From contig NC_068983.1 in the NCBI RefSeq assembly GCF_001194135.2, positions 113,301,854 to 113,359,057 of the forward strand: DNA of 57,204 nucleotides. Reading direction: 5' to 3'. The position numbers and the translations under genes were made by a program. Under the pieces are notes generated by a model that saw nothing but the letters and a program-made list of their open reading frames with translations, was not told the DNA's origin and searched no databases. Origin of the DNA: Octopus bimaculoides (Eukaryota). Position 1 is the stretch's first letter, and each line of letters starts with the position of its first letter. Positions 12,500 through 25,010 of the stretch are shown here, in pieces.

Positions 12500-12579
12500 C
12501 TCCACAAATCTGGAATCCAGCTCAAATATTTCTTTAAAACTGGACACCACTAAATCGGTCGCTGGCTGAATTCCACCGG
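12500..12579 (-). CDS. Candidate internal exon of an unidentified gene
   Basis: Acceptor TTTTCATATTCTTAG, open frame GGIQPATDLVVSSFKEIFELDSRFVE, donor GAG|GTAAAT. No homology recognised. Confidence 0.25.
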
Positions 12580-13126
12580 CTAAGAATATGAAAAGTTCAT
12601 ATGATAGCCTTTCACAGTGGTAGTCGATTCAAGTTTACTCGGAAACATTGGGCGACACAGAGTTTTGGTTGAAGATATTTGGCTGAGATGTTATAGAGTA
12701 GGATCCAATTGAGAACGAATAATATATGATTATACAAACAGTAGTGTCTCGCCCACACTGCGTGAGCAGTTTCGGTTTCATTGTAAGGATTAATGAACAA
12801 ATTAATAGACGATATAATTTCAAAATGAATAGTGAAATAGGAAGATTTTATGAACATGTTTAATTTTTGATACTCCGTAGCTTATACTTAAATATTATTC
12901 CATATTGTACGTTCATTTCATATCGCGTTGTATTCATTGTGTACTCTCATCAGAGTAACCTTAAACGTACTTGATTTGCATTCATTTCAAAGTATGCCCG
13001 ATAAATATAACTACCAAGGAAGTTTTAATTTTGGTGAGTCAGTATATGTTAATATTCATAACATGCAACATTCCCGGAACGGTAAGTGTATATACACATT
13101 TATGCACCATTCACACTGATATCTAC

Positions 13127-13149
<23 letters not shown>

Positions 13150-13157
<8 letters not shown>

Positions 13158-13414
13158 TTTATTTATTTATTTATGTATGTGTTTCAGCCAAGTGGCTGCG
13201 GTCATGCTGGTGCACCACCGTGATTTTCACGTTCCTTGCATGGCTCTTCTCCCCCACCCGACATGGTCCAATCAAGAGTTTTGATGGCACATCTGGTGTA
13301 TAAGAGAATTTGACATAGCTGCCCTAAACTGTGTCTCATTACGAGCCATTGGTTCGTCTGGTATCGTGGAGAGGAAAGCGTCAAGTTTTGTCTTGAAGAC
13401 CTCCCCATCCATGT
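13150..13414 (-). mobile_element. CR1-type LINE 3' end, copy 1
   Basis: DGEVFKTKLDAFLSTIPDEP..RAAMSNSLIHQ C-terminus with a (TAAA)n tail. Ends at a 10-N gap. Confidence 0.8.
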
Positions 13415-13424
13415 NNNNNNNNNN

Positions 13425-13439
<15 letters not shown>

Positions 13440-13456
<17 letters not shown>

Positions 13457-13740
13457 TTATTTATTTATGTATGTGTTTCAGCCAAGTGGCTGCGGTCATG
13501 CTGGTGCACCACCGTGATTTTCACGTTCCTTGCATGGCTCTTCTCCCCCACCCGACATGGTCCAATCAAGAGTTTTGATGGCACATCTGGTGTATAAGAG
13601 AATTTGACATAGCTGCCCTAAACTGTGTCTCATTACGAGCCATTGGTTCGTCTGGTATCGTGGAGAGGAAAGCGTCAAGTTTTGTCTTGAAGACCTCCCC
13701 ATCCATGTCTTGCATGTCTCTCAAATGTTTTGGCAGGGCA
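13440..13740 (-). mobile_element. CR1-type LINE 3' end, copy 2
   Basis: ALPKHLRDMQDMDGEVFKTKLDAFLSTIPDEP. Appears identical to copy 1 over the overlap. Confidence 0.85.
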
Positions 13741-14019
13741 TACATACATACATACATACGTACATACATACATAAAGCAAAAACGAAGACAATACTTGCT
13801 TTGAGAACTTCATCATGAAAAAGAAGAGAATGCATATTTTATCAAAATATGCTACCGGTTTCAATTGTGTGTAAGTCGATTTATTTATGTTATTCTTTGT
13901 CATTGGTTTCCTTCTGATTGGGCCATAAAAGTATTAGTAACAGTTTTTGTATTAACCGTTAAAATTGTTACACTAATTATGTCAGCTTTAGCAATATCGA
14001 AACGGTTAGTAATACAATT

Positions 14020-14750
14020 ACGACAGAACAGCTATCAGATGCAGACCAACAACCAGCAGTAATAGAGCAGTTAAAACAGAGGATCATGGCAAAAAGCCAG
14101 AAGATCAGAAGATTCGTGAACACAAATAAGCAGTACGAGGAGAACAGATTGTTCAAAAATAACCCGAAGCAATTCTTTCGAACGTTAGAAGAATGGGGAA
14201 AATGTTACTCCTGATGCAAATCAAGCCAAGGAGTTCTGGAGCGGATTATGAGGAAACAATGTGGTGCATAACAGAGATGCAATGTGGATAGGAACTATCA
14301 AGGCAGTATTACAAGGAGGAAAGAAACAAAGGAATATTGTCAGAAGCACGAGTGACGTGAAAGAACAAGTGGGTAAAGTGCCTGACAGAAAGACCTCGGA
14401 CCAAATGGGATTCATGGCTTTTGGCTGAAGAGATGCCACGCGATGCAAAAAAGACTAGCAGCCTAATTAAATGACTGTGTCCAGAAAGGTACAGTCTCCT
14501 CGTGGATGGTGACTGGGAGGACAACACTTATAATGAAAGCTGGGAGGGGAATACTGTGGGAAACTACCGTGCCACAGTATGCCTAAACATAATCTGGAAG
14601 ATATTGACTGGAATATGTGCGGCAAAGACACATACGTTCCTGATACAGGAAGAATAACTACCAAGGGAACAAAAAGGATGTAGGAAAAGTTCTCAGAGTA
14701 CCAAGGATTACTTGGTCATCGATAAAACTGTTTTCAGGCATTGTAAAAAA
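14020..14750 (+). mobile_element. R4/Dong-type RT N-terminal fragment (pseudogenised)
   Basis: GPNGIHGFWLK, WMVTGRTTLIMK, NYRA..CLNIIWKILTGI and LPREQKGCRKSSQSTKDYLVIDK across frameshifts. Confidence 0.85.
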
Positions 14751-14751
14751 C

Positions 14752-14856
14752 TTCTGAGTTCAAATTCCGCCGATGTCGACTTTGCCTTTCATACTTTCGG
14801 GGTCGGTAAAATAAGTACCAGTCGAATACTGGGGTCGATGTAATCGACTCATCACC
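14752..14856 (+). mobile_element. SINE family A internal fragment
   Basis: TTCTGAGTTCAAATTCCGCCGATGTCGACTTTGCCTTTCAT..AAGTACCAG. Confidence 0.85.
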
Positions 14857-15779
14857 AACTAACACAAGCATCTCTTCTGGCAAAAATTTGAAATAATAAT
14901 TATTATTATTATCATTATTATTATAGTCAACATCATCATTATGTGTGTAGGTTGATTAATGTATCATGTCTGCACTTATTTCAGTCTTCGACTGCATTAT
15001 GAGAATTTCATCCATTATAAATCGTTTACTTTTGAGGGAAATCTGTATAGCACTTGATTTATTACTTTAGCACAATACCCGTTGTTAATAAATGATTTTT
15101 CTTTCTTTTCCATTCAATAAAATTTCATTGTTTGGTGAAGAGATTGTTGAGAATTTAAATAGTCGTCTAAATAGGGGTATTACAACAAACATTTTTCATG
15201 TGTGTGAAGACTCGCTGTTTTCTATCTGAGCGTGGGTGTATGTGTTATAGGTGTAATCGAACGTGATTCATCGCTTATTTTTTATTCGAATGCTTTAGTT
15301 TAGAAGGACACTGTTTTTAGACAAAAACAAAAACATTCAGATAAAAATTTACAGTTACTTCACGTCCGTTCACACTAAATACAAATAAATATATCTCTAC
15401 TTAGACAATGAATGTCCACAGAGATATAAGCTATCAGAAGTAATATCGCAATTAGAATAGCCTCTTGGTTCTCTTCCATAAGAGAACATTTAGGTTCAAA
15501 ATCTACAGAATAAAGTCAAATGCAATGGATAACGCCTATTCAAAGACCTTAAGGGAGTTCTTTACAAACATGAATGATTACTGATGTTATTAATAATCAT
15601 ATGGCATTTGCTAGATGATGCTTAAAAATTAGCAATAAAAAACTGAAATACTGCTGATAGCCTTTGTCCCAATCACATTGGCCTCGCTTACTATAGAGAC
15701 GCATCAACACTACACCATTCAGAAGATGAGACTGTGAAGAACATTGCCGTCTGAAACAAAGCGCAAATATTTCATACCA

Positions 15780-17190
15780 GGATATGAAAAAAAAGAAGCG
15801 TAATAAATAAGATAAGACTTAAAACACAATCATTCACGTACACGCCGAAACATTAATATCCTAGTTAAGACCAACTCTAGTAACGGTAATGTAGAAACTG
15901 AGAGGAACATAATTGGGAGCATCCAGCAAGTAGTTAACTCCATCCACCAAAATATCAAGGTAACTATAGATTACCCCACTAGGCACCCCAACAATAGACG
16001 TCCTTGATACTTAACTTTGGTTAGAGACTGATGAACAGAGTGCAGCTCCTCCACTCTTATTTTTTTACTGTCCACAAGGGGCTAAACATAAAGGGGACAA
16101 ACAAGGACAGACAAACGGATTAAGTCGATTATATCGACCCCAGTGTGTAAGTGGTACTTATTTAATCGACCCCGAAAGGATGAAAGGCAAAGTCGACCTT
16201 GAAGGAACTTGAACTCAGAAGGTAGCAGCAGACGAAATACCGCTAAGCATTTCGCCCGGCGTGCTAAAGTTTCTGCCAGCTCACCGCAGCTTCTCCACTC
16301 TTATTACATGAAAGCCAAAGCTTCTAAATATGTTGTTCACAAGAACTCAGCTTTGTCACACAACACGAAAATTAACATACTGATAGCAGACTTAGTTAGG
16401 GTAATGAATAATATGTCCCCACTATGCAAGCCCTGTGAAACGAAGAAACATCTACATAACTTCATGCACCGCAGGCAATTCTCTGTATATGATCAGAAAG
16501 ATAGGGTTCGAGTATACAGGGGTGCTAGAAAGAAGTTAGATAACATTATATGTAATGAAACCAATGGTATCTGCTCTAGATATAGCAGCAAAGACTGGAA
16601 TAGAATACAAAGAGCTTGTGACAAAGCAAACAGGGTGATACGTGGTATAAAACCGACAAATATTAGGGTGTGATCTTTGTAGAGGCCACAGCTCATGGAG
16701 AACTAGCCCATAGATTTAGGAAAGTTCTGAAGAAGACTAAACGCAACATTAAGATTGTTGAAAATCCAAGGAACTTCATCAGATCACAACTATGTAGGAC
16801 GTACCGCTTTGAGGATACCATATGCACCAATGTTAACTGCATGGTATGTAGCATTAACCATGGCATTAACTGTAGAACTAGAAATGTAGTCTACAGCAGA
16901 AGATGCATAGAAGGTGCTTGTAAAGACATGAACATGACGTACATAAGAGAGACATCTAGGAGCATTGCGGAAAAACTAAATGAACATTTGAGACAATATG
17001 ACGAGAAAAAACAGTCCTCCATACTCTACCAACATGCCAAAGACCAACATGGAGGCAACCTAGGTCAACTCAACTTGACGTCCGCATTTTATCCAAGCAC
17101 CCAAAGGACCCAACCGTTAGACAAATACAGGAGTACGCCCTCATAAATTAAATATTCTTCAGTACTAAATAGGAAATATACGTAGTAGGT
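15780..17190 (+). mobile_element. Penelope-like element (RT C-terminus, thumb and GIY-YIG), interrupted by a SINE
   Basis: NSIHQNIKVTIDYPTRHPNN (RT), SKYVVHKNSAL..KINILIADLVRVMNN (thumb), and CMVC..CRTRNVVYSRRC..C..TYIRETSRSIAEKLNEH..SILYQH (GIY-YIG; YI.ET at 16940-16954). Confidence 0.88.
16062..16285 (-). mobile_element. SINE family A, tail A1, full length with 20-bp TSD
   Basis: Flanks GCAGCTCCTCCACTCTTATT (16042-16061) and GCAGCTTCTCCACTCTTATT (16286-16305) match at 19/20. Confidence 0.95.
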
Positions 17191-17199
17191 AATCATACT

Positions 17200-17860
17200 C
17201 CCATGCCCACAGTTCATATTTATATACGGTAGAATAGTTAGTGGTTTGTTATGTAGACGTATGTGTGTGAGTATATATATGTATACGTATATGTATATGC
17301 ACATGTATGTAGGCAAATGGATATAAATGTAAACAGATAGACATACAGACAGATAGGCACATAGGTAATATGAACAGACAAGCACACAAACACACACATA
17401 CGCAAATGAAGACTGAAACACATGACCATATAAACACACACTTCACTTTACACAAGGACAGATACGGATACACACATCTACACATATGGAGACACACATC
17501 CACACATATGGAGACACACGTCTACACATATGGAGACACATATCCATACATACAGACACAGTACATACTCACAAAAATCCACACACACACACACACACAC
17601 ACTCAGACATGCACACACAAGAAGACAGAGGTACGCATACACACACACGTGCAAACACACACAAACATAAAAACACACAAACACATGAATATGCTGAATA
17701 CATACATACAAACGTACACACATACATACATATATTCATACTCATACACACACTTAGACGCATGCATACATACATACATACATATATACATACATACATA
17801 CATACATACATACACACATGTGTATGCGTACACACACTAACTCATACACATGCGCACAAG
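17200..17860. repeat. CA/TACA-rich cryptic microsatellite tract containing a 22-bp x3 minisatellite (17472-17537)
   Basis: Unit ACACATC(T/C)ACACATATGGAGAC repeated three times, plus TACA runs. Confidence 0.85.
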
Positions 17861-17899
17861 CAAACAAAAAGAACGCAGCTCGGATAATGGACAGAGTCA

Positions 17900-19925
17900 A
17901 AGACTATTGGAATGGTTGCAAGATGCAACGAACATTTTAGGAGAAATAAATAAGTAAACGAGTGGAAACTATACTGGTGAGTGTGTTAATAATAAGGTAC
18001 TAAAAGAGAATGACTCTCCCCAGACACAAACGCATCTAGACCTTGATGTAACAGATGAGGAAGTGCGCATACCAAGATATGCTGTATTTCGTTCAAACAG
18101 AAGAGAAAGAAGCCACGGTAGAGTTGCTATGTACATCCGTGCAGACGTCACACCTCTTGTATTATTGTCACATTCAAACTCACTTTGTGACACCTTAATA
18201 ATATATATAAAGCAAACTGATGTAGCTATATACACAATATATCGTCTGCCGAATACCACAAAATATGATGGAAAATTTGAGGATAGCCTCAAATACATCG
18301 AAGAGGTATTAGCAAACCTAGATCAGAACATCAAGTATTCTTCCTGGGTGATTTCAACTTCCCATATGTCAAATTGCCAGAAGGCCATATTCTCTCTGGA
18401 ATGTCACTTCATGAGCAAAAGCATGTAGAGTCATTATTTGAACTTACTAATAAGCTGTTCGTGGACCAAGTGATACTCAGGCCAACCAGGAGGAACAACA
18501 TATTGGACTTATGCCTCAGAAATAATGTGGACCTTATCTATAATGTAAAGGTGACACCAACAGCACTCTCAAAATTGTTGAATTAACTATGTATGGTCCT
18601 GTGCAAATTGTTAGTATTTACCCTATCAGGAGGACTCAAGTCTCATCCAACCTGAATTTCCATAAGGCAAAATGGGAATCAATCTGCAAAGAGATCCACA
18701 AACGAAACTGGTCCAACATTCTGTGTATGCAAGACAATGATCTGAAACTCAGCCAGTGTATGTCAACGGTGCAAGCTATATGCACTAAATATATCCCAGA
18801 AAGAAAGCCAGCACACTGTCAAACAAGATTCACAGTGAGAGAAAAATCCTCGTGCGACGCAAGTCAAAGATCTCAAAGCGGCTGAATAAGCAACTGAAGG
18901 ATAGAGAGAAGTCTGTCTTAACACGGACGCCCCTAGAAATTGAAAGGAAGATCAAACTCTCTCATGAAAGGGAAAGAGAAGAGAGAGAGAGAGACAGAGA
19001 GAGAGACAGAGAGAGAGACAGAGAGAGAGACAGAGAGAAGAGCGAGAGAGAAGAGAGAGGAAGAGAAGAGAGAGAGAGAAGAGCTGTGGAAAGAATAAAA
19101 GCAAATCCCAAAGCTTTCTGTAAATTCGCAAAGGAAACAGCTACAATACAATATAAAATAGGACCATTGTCCCAAGGGAATGACTCACTGATGGCAGACC
19201 TAGGAAGAATAAGTGAGATACTCAGTGAACAATTTAAAAGTGTCTTCACTTCCCTGCTTGCACACATGCAGATAAAACATTCAGCTGAATTCTTTGATAT
19301 TGCAGCTCTAAAAAAAGGAGGCACCAGCCATCAGTTCCATCAACATTGAGGAAACAGATGTAACAGCAACCATCGGTGAAATGAGCTCAAGGTCCACCAT
19401 TGGTCCTGATGGCTTCCCAGCTACTCTCCTAAAGTCATGTAAGCAGGCTTTAGCAAAACCACTTCAGATACTTTTCCAAAGTTTCCTTGCAAGTAGTATA
19501 CTTCCTAAAAGACCGAAAGAAGGTATTCTATGTCCTATCCACAAAGGTGGAAACAGACCAGAGGCCAAAAACTACAAGCCAATCTCTCTGACTTCCCATA
19601 TCGGTAAAGTCATGGAGCAAATCATCAGAAAGAAGTTGATAATGTTCCTAGAAGAAAATGACCCACTGAACAATACTCAGTATGGTTTCTTTCCAGGAAG
19701 AAGCTGCCTCACACAGCTCCTACAGCACTATGACTGGGTTTTGAAACTGCTGCCTGACCATTCAGATGTCAGTGTGATATACCTTGACTTCGCAAAGGCA
19801 TTTGATAAGGTAGATCATGGCATGATATGTCATAAGCTATGGGACCTTGGCATTGCTGGTAAACTGGGAGAGTGGCTGTATGACTTCCTTAAAAACAGAA
19901 GTCAAGTAGTTGCAGCCAATGTTGC
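17900..19925 (+). mobile_element. CR1-type LINE ORF2 remnant (APE endonuclease and N-terminal RT)
   Basis: YAVFRSNRR..GRVAMYIR and PTRRNNILDL (APE). GPDGFPA, NYKPISLTSHIGKVME, QYGFFPGRSCLTQLL and YLDFAKAFDKVDH (19780-19820) for RT. Truncated before YADD. Confidence 0.93.
18967..19080. repeat. GA/GAGAGACA microsatellite inside the LINE ORF
   Basis: Direct reading; translates ERERDRERDR. Confidence 0.9.
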
Positions 19926-19929
19926 CCTT

Positions 19930-22130
19930 TTTGAGGAAAATCAAATCCTAAGTAGTGTAATCTCTATTGATATATTTTCATTACAAGAAGTATTTCTAAA
20001 TGAGTACTTCCTTGTAAACAACATTCTTTATGGTGTGTTTGTCCTTTTGTATATATATGTTTAATCCTGGAAACCCTGTAGACACTCTAGAAAAGGCAAC
20101 ATATAGTCCATGTGTAAATACAGGCTTTGGTAAATATAAGCCAATTTTTTCAAATGTTTGTCATTACTAATTTAATAGGAAACTGTTGTCTAATTAATGT
20201 AAATGCAAGCTCTTCACCTCCTAAAGAAAGGGTGACTTTTGGCATAAATACAGTTTTTCTGTGATGTGGGCCTTCAGTTATAAGTGTTGCCTAAATGATT
20301 GTTTTTCTTGAATTTCTTGAATAACTAAGTGTGTACCATTACACATGCCATTAGCTTGGTCAGTTGTTACTGCATTAGTCTGCAATTTTAATATGTTTGA
20401 TGCTAAGTCTGAAATATTTAGTGTATTTAATTACTCTGTAGTGAATTGTGATGGGTGATCCTGATGTAAACATTGATCAGGACTAAAGAGAACCTTTCCA
20501 TCATCTGGAAATAGTTTTATTATTTCCTCATTGATGACATCAATATCAACATTTCTGGGTGGTAAAACAACAATTTTTGAAACTCTTTCTGGCTCTACAA
20601 TGCATTCTTGTATGACATTTCTATTGAAAACCAAAGAAATGAAGTCATTAAAATCATGAACAATGTTACATCCTTGGGGTATAATAATTTCATCATTCAT
20701 TTCTACTATAGAACCATTTCCTACATGAAGTATAAAGTTGCTGAACTGAATCCGGTTGTTTTGATCTTCTGAATTCTGTGTATATGATTTTAGTTGCATG
20801 TTTTCTGTCAGCTGAATTTTTTTACATGTTTCCATAAAGATGAATTATAAAAGCTGTTGTCTACTATCTGTGATCTGCCTCAATGTTTAATGACAGCTAA
20901 TATTTGTCAAAAATCCCCACGAAAATTAATACTTTTCCTTCAAACGGAACATGTTCAAGCCTGGGGTCAACTGTTTTCATAAGATCTCTTAATGCCTCTG
21001 AGAGGAAATGGTGAGACATAGGTAATTCATCCCAAATTATAACATAAGTTACTTTGTCACCATTAACTGGATTGAAGGGAAGGCAGATAGCGGAATAAGT
21101 TGTGGTACCCCCACTAAGTAGCAATGCAACTATAGTAGATGATGCAGCTGCTATTGTCGGGTTCTGCAAGGTTGTTGTAATTAAGAATGGAGCAGAAAAG
21201 TCTTTGCATCTGATATGGAGTAGCTGAAATATTTGCAAACTCCATCATCCGATAGTATTCACAGTCATCATGTGCTAAATCTCATTTTTTTGCAGCCTCT
21301 TTGTAACTTTGACAAACTATACCATTAATCGTCCTCATAGCTTCAAATGATGTAGCTCCGGGAATATGATATAGTAAAGCTCTCAGATAGAATCACTCTT
21401 GTTCCTTTGGTGAAACAAAACAGATATACCCAATCAAGTGTGCATTATTTTTTCTGTAATGCCACATTATTCCATATGTAAGGTTTGTGGAAATCAGTGT
21501 AGTGTTATGTACATGCAAATGAGTTGGTTGGTGATTCCAATTATCTCACATCCATTCAGTGTGAGTGGATCTGTCATGTGTGTGGATAATATGTTCAATA
21601 TCATCATCGTCATTAAAGTAAATGTGTTGGTGTTGGGTTAAATGAACTGTAAGCTGTCGGACTGCAGATATGAACCATGTAATTTGAACCCTAAAATCTT
21701 CAAGACTACCTCTGATGAGGATACAAAGCGGCCATTGATATAATTTTCAATCTCATCTTTGTGTGTTTGTTGTGCATTGGTTTGTCAACTAATATTGACT
21801 GTCACCCGATCATGACCTTTATGAATATATTTGCTATTAACTGAGTTTACAGATACACATATCTCTACATTAGAAATGACCTCCATATTTGACTGAAAAG
21901 ATTGGGGAATATGGTACTACTGAACGATTATCTAATTCAACATTACATTTGGTAAATGTAAAACCATTATTTTGACAGTGGCCTAGCATATTGAAAAGCT
22001 CAGAAGATTCAGAAAAATTACATTACATACATATAACAGGGATTGCTCTTCAGAACAATCTTTTCTTAGTGGTCAGACCATATGGGGTCGCATCTAACAT
22101 AATGGATGTCCAGTTAGTGGTCATCTCTCT
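19930..22130 (-). mobile_element. Helitron RepHel remnant (Rep C-terminus plus Pif1 helicase), internally deleted
   Basis: VVPYSP, NVEICVS, KYIHKGHD (21809-21832), YLRALLYHIPGATSFEAMRTING, VIIWDELPM (21026-21037), QLTENM, MCNGTHL, LYVAFSRV (20083-20105) and KNVVYKEVL*. Confidence 0.92.
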
Positions 22131-22720
22131 TACATGTATATATATATATATATATNNNNNNNNNNNNNNNNNNNNNNNNNNNNNNNNNNNNNNNNNNNNN
22201 NNNNNNNNNNNNNNNNNNNNNNNNNNNNNNNNNNNNNNNNNNNNNNNNNNNNNNNNNNNNNNNNNNNNNNNNNNNNNNNNNNNNNNNNNNNNNNNNNNNN
22301 NNNNNNNNNNNNNNNNNNNNNNNNNNNNNNNNNNNNNNNNNNNNNNNNNNNNNNNNNNNNNNNNNNNNNNNNNNNNNNNNNNNNNNNNNNNNNNNNNNNN
22401 NNNNNNNNNNNNNNNNNNNNNNNNNNNNNNNNNNNNNNNNNNNNNNNNNNNNNNNNNNNNNNNNNNNNNNNNNNNNNNNNNNNNNNNNNNNNNNNNNNNN
22501 NNNNNNNNNNNNNNNNNNNNNNNNNNNNNNNNNNNNNNNNNNNNNNNNNNNNNNNNNNNNNNNNNNNNNNNNNNNNNNNNNNNNNNNNNNNNNNNNNNNN
22601 NNNNNNNNNNNNNNNNNNNNNNNNNNNNNNNNNNNNNNNNNNNNNNNNNNNNNNNNNNNNNNNNNNNNNNNNNNNNNNNNNNNNNNNNNNNNNNNNNNNN
22701 NNNNNNNNNNNNNNNNNNNN

Positions 22721-22776
<56 letters not shown>

Positions 22777-23329
22777 GTGTGTGTGTGTGTGCATGTGTGT
22801 GCATGTGTGCGCGTGAGTGAGTGTGTATGTCAGTGTTTGTATATGTCAAACCCCCTACGAACTATACAATCATACATACGTTAGCACCTGTAATATTATA
22901 ACTTATAAAACCACTTCAGTATAAATACCTTAAACTGTCCTCATTATTTCTATATCTATTACTCTCTTTAGGTTACCTGAATCTTTTCCTGCTTTTAATT
23001 TTTATCCCGTCTTTATATATATTTCTCATTATTTTCTATAAATTCTCATTATTTTGATTTCTTATGTTGGCATGTTTGCCTTATTAATCTCTTATCCTTT
23101 ATATTTTACTTTTATATTGTTAAATTTTGTATGGTCTTGAATTTTATATTTAGCATTCCCATTTACCTTCGCATATACTGGTATAGCATTCTATGAATCG
23201 TGGAGCATTTTGCATTTCCTCTCTGCACGGATGCAGGTTAATATGTGATTAATTATGGTTCTTAAATTGATATTTTTTCAGTTACTTATAATTTACACCA
23301 TATAATTATACTATATTCTTTATATAAGC

Positions 23330-23370
<41 letters not shown>

Positions 23371-23555
23371 AAGATGATTTTGTATGTCCCTGTATGCAAC
23401 ATGTTTATACTATTACATCTACTTATATCAGTACATACTTTTCATTATTGTTAGAATTTTTTCTTGTATACTTATATTTAATTATGTGTATATATTATCA
23501 TTTATCTTATTATCCTGCTTCTGATTCCTTACTTTTAATCAATAGATAGTATTAA

Positions 23556-23764
23556 TCTTTTACTTGTTTCAGTCATGTCACTGTGGCCATGCTGGAACAC
23601 CGCCTTTTAGTCGAGCAAATCGACCCCAAGACTTATTCTTTGTAAGCCTAGTAAGCCTAGTACTTATTCTATCGGTCTCTTTTGCCGAACCGCTAGTTAC
23701 GGGGAGGTAAACACACCACCATCGGTTGTCAAGCGATGGTGGGGAGACAAACACAGACAAACAA

Positions 23765-23800
<36 letters not shown>
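23556..23800 (-). mobile_element. SINE family C, 3' half
   Basis: CTTTTACTTGTTTCAGTC..GTCGAGCAAATCGACCCC..TTTTGCCGAACCGCTA, homologous to 32922-33107 and 28020-28200. Small internal duplication TAAGCCTAG x2. Confidence 0.9.
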
Positions 23801-23837
<37 letters not shown>

Positions 23838-24674
23838 NNNNNNNNNNNNNNNNNNNNNNNNNNNNNNNNNNNNNNNNNNNNNNNNNNNNNNNNNNNNNNN
23901 NNNNNNNNNNNNNNNNNNNNNNNNNNNNNNNNNNNNNNNNNNNNNNNNNNNNNNNNNNNNNNNNNNNNNNNNNNNNNNNNNNNNNNNNNNNNNNNNNNNN
24001 NNNNNNNNNNNNNNNNNNNNNNNNNNNNNNNNNNNNNNNNNNNNNNNNNNNNNNNNNNNNNNNNNNNNNNNNNNNNNNNNNNNNNNNNNNNNNNNNNNNN
24101 NNNNNNNNNNNNNNNNNNNNNNNNNNNNNNNNNNNNNNNNNNNNNNNNNNNNNNNNNNNNNNNNNNNNNNNNNNNNNNNNNNNNNNNNNNNNNNNNNNNN
24201 NNNNNNNNNNNNNNNNNNNNNNNNNNNNNNNNNNNNNNNNNNNNNNNNNNNNNNNNNNNNNNNNNNNNNNNNNNNNNNNNNNNNNNNNNNNNNNNNNNNN
24301 NNNNNNNNNNNNNNNNNNNNNNNNNNNNNNNNNNNNNNNNNNNNNNNNNNNNNNNNNNNNNNNNNNNNNNNNNNNNNNNNNNNNNNNNNNNNNNNNNNNN
24401 NNNNNNNNNNNNNNNNNNNNNNNNNNNNNNNNNNNNNNNNNNNNNNNNNNNNNNNNNNNNNNNNNNNNNNNNNNNNNNNNNNNNNNNNNNNNNNNNNNNN
24501 NNNNNNNNNNNNNNNNNNNNNNNNNNNNNNNNNNNNNNNNNNNNNNNNNNNNNNNNNNNNNNNNNNNNNNNNNNNNNNNNNNNNNNNNNNNNNNNNNNNN
24601 NNNNNNNNNNNNNNNNNNNNNNNNNNNNNNNNNNNNNNNNNNNNNNNNNNNNNNNNNNNNNNNNNNNNNNNNNG

Positions 24675-25010
24675 ATCAACGGAACAGCCTGCTCGTGAAA
24701 TTAACGTGCAAGTGGCTGAGCACTCCACAGACACGTGTACCCTTAACGTAGTTTTCTGGGATATTCAGCGTGACACAGTGTGACAAGGCTGACCCTTTGA
24801 ATTACAGGCACAACAGAAACAGGAAGTAAGAGAGAGGGAAAGTTGTGGTGGAAGAGTACAGCAGGGTTCGCCGCCATCCCCTGCCGGAGCCTCGTGGAGC
24901 TTTAGGTGTTTTCGTTCAATAAACACACACAACGCCCGGTCTGGGAATCGAAACTGCGATCCTATGACCGGGAATCCGCTGCCCTAACCACTAGGCCATT
25001 GAGCCTCCAC
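24675..25010 (-). mobile_element. SINE family B (tRNA-Arg-like head), tail B1
   Basis: Minus-strand head GTGGAGGCTCAATGGCCTAGTGGTTAGGGCAGCGG..GTTTCGATTCCC with A and B boxes. The 3' end is lost in the gap. Confidence 0.93.

Noticed and set aside
17472-17537. CRISPR-like array (also 7708-7775 and 50620-51600)
   Set aside because: Head-to-tail tandem units without unique spacers, no cas genes, eukaryotic context.
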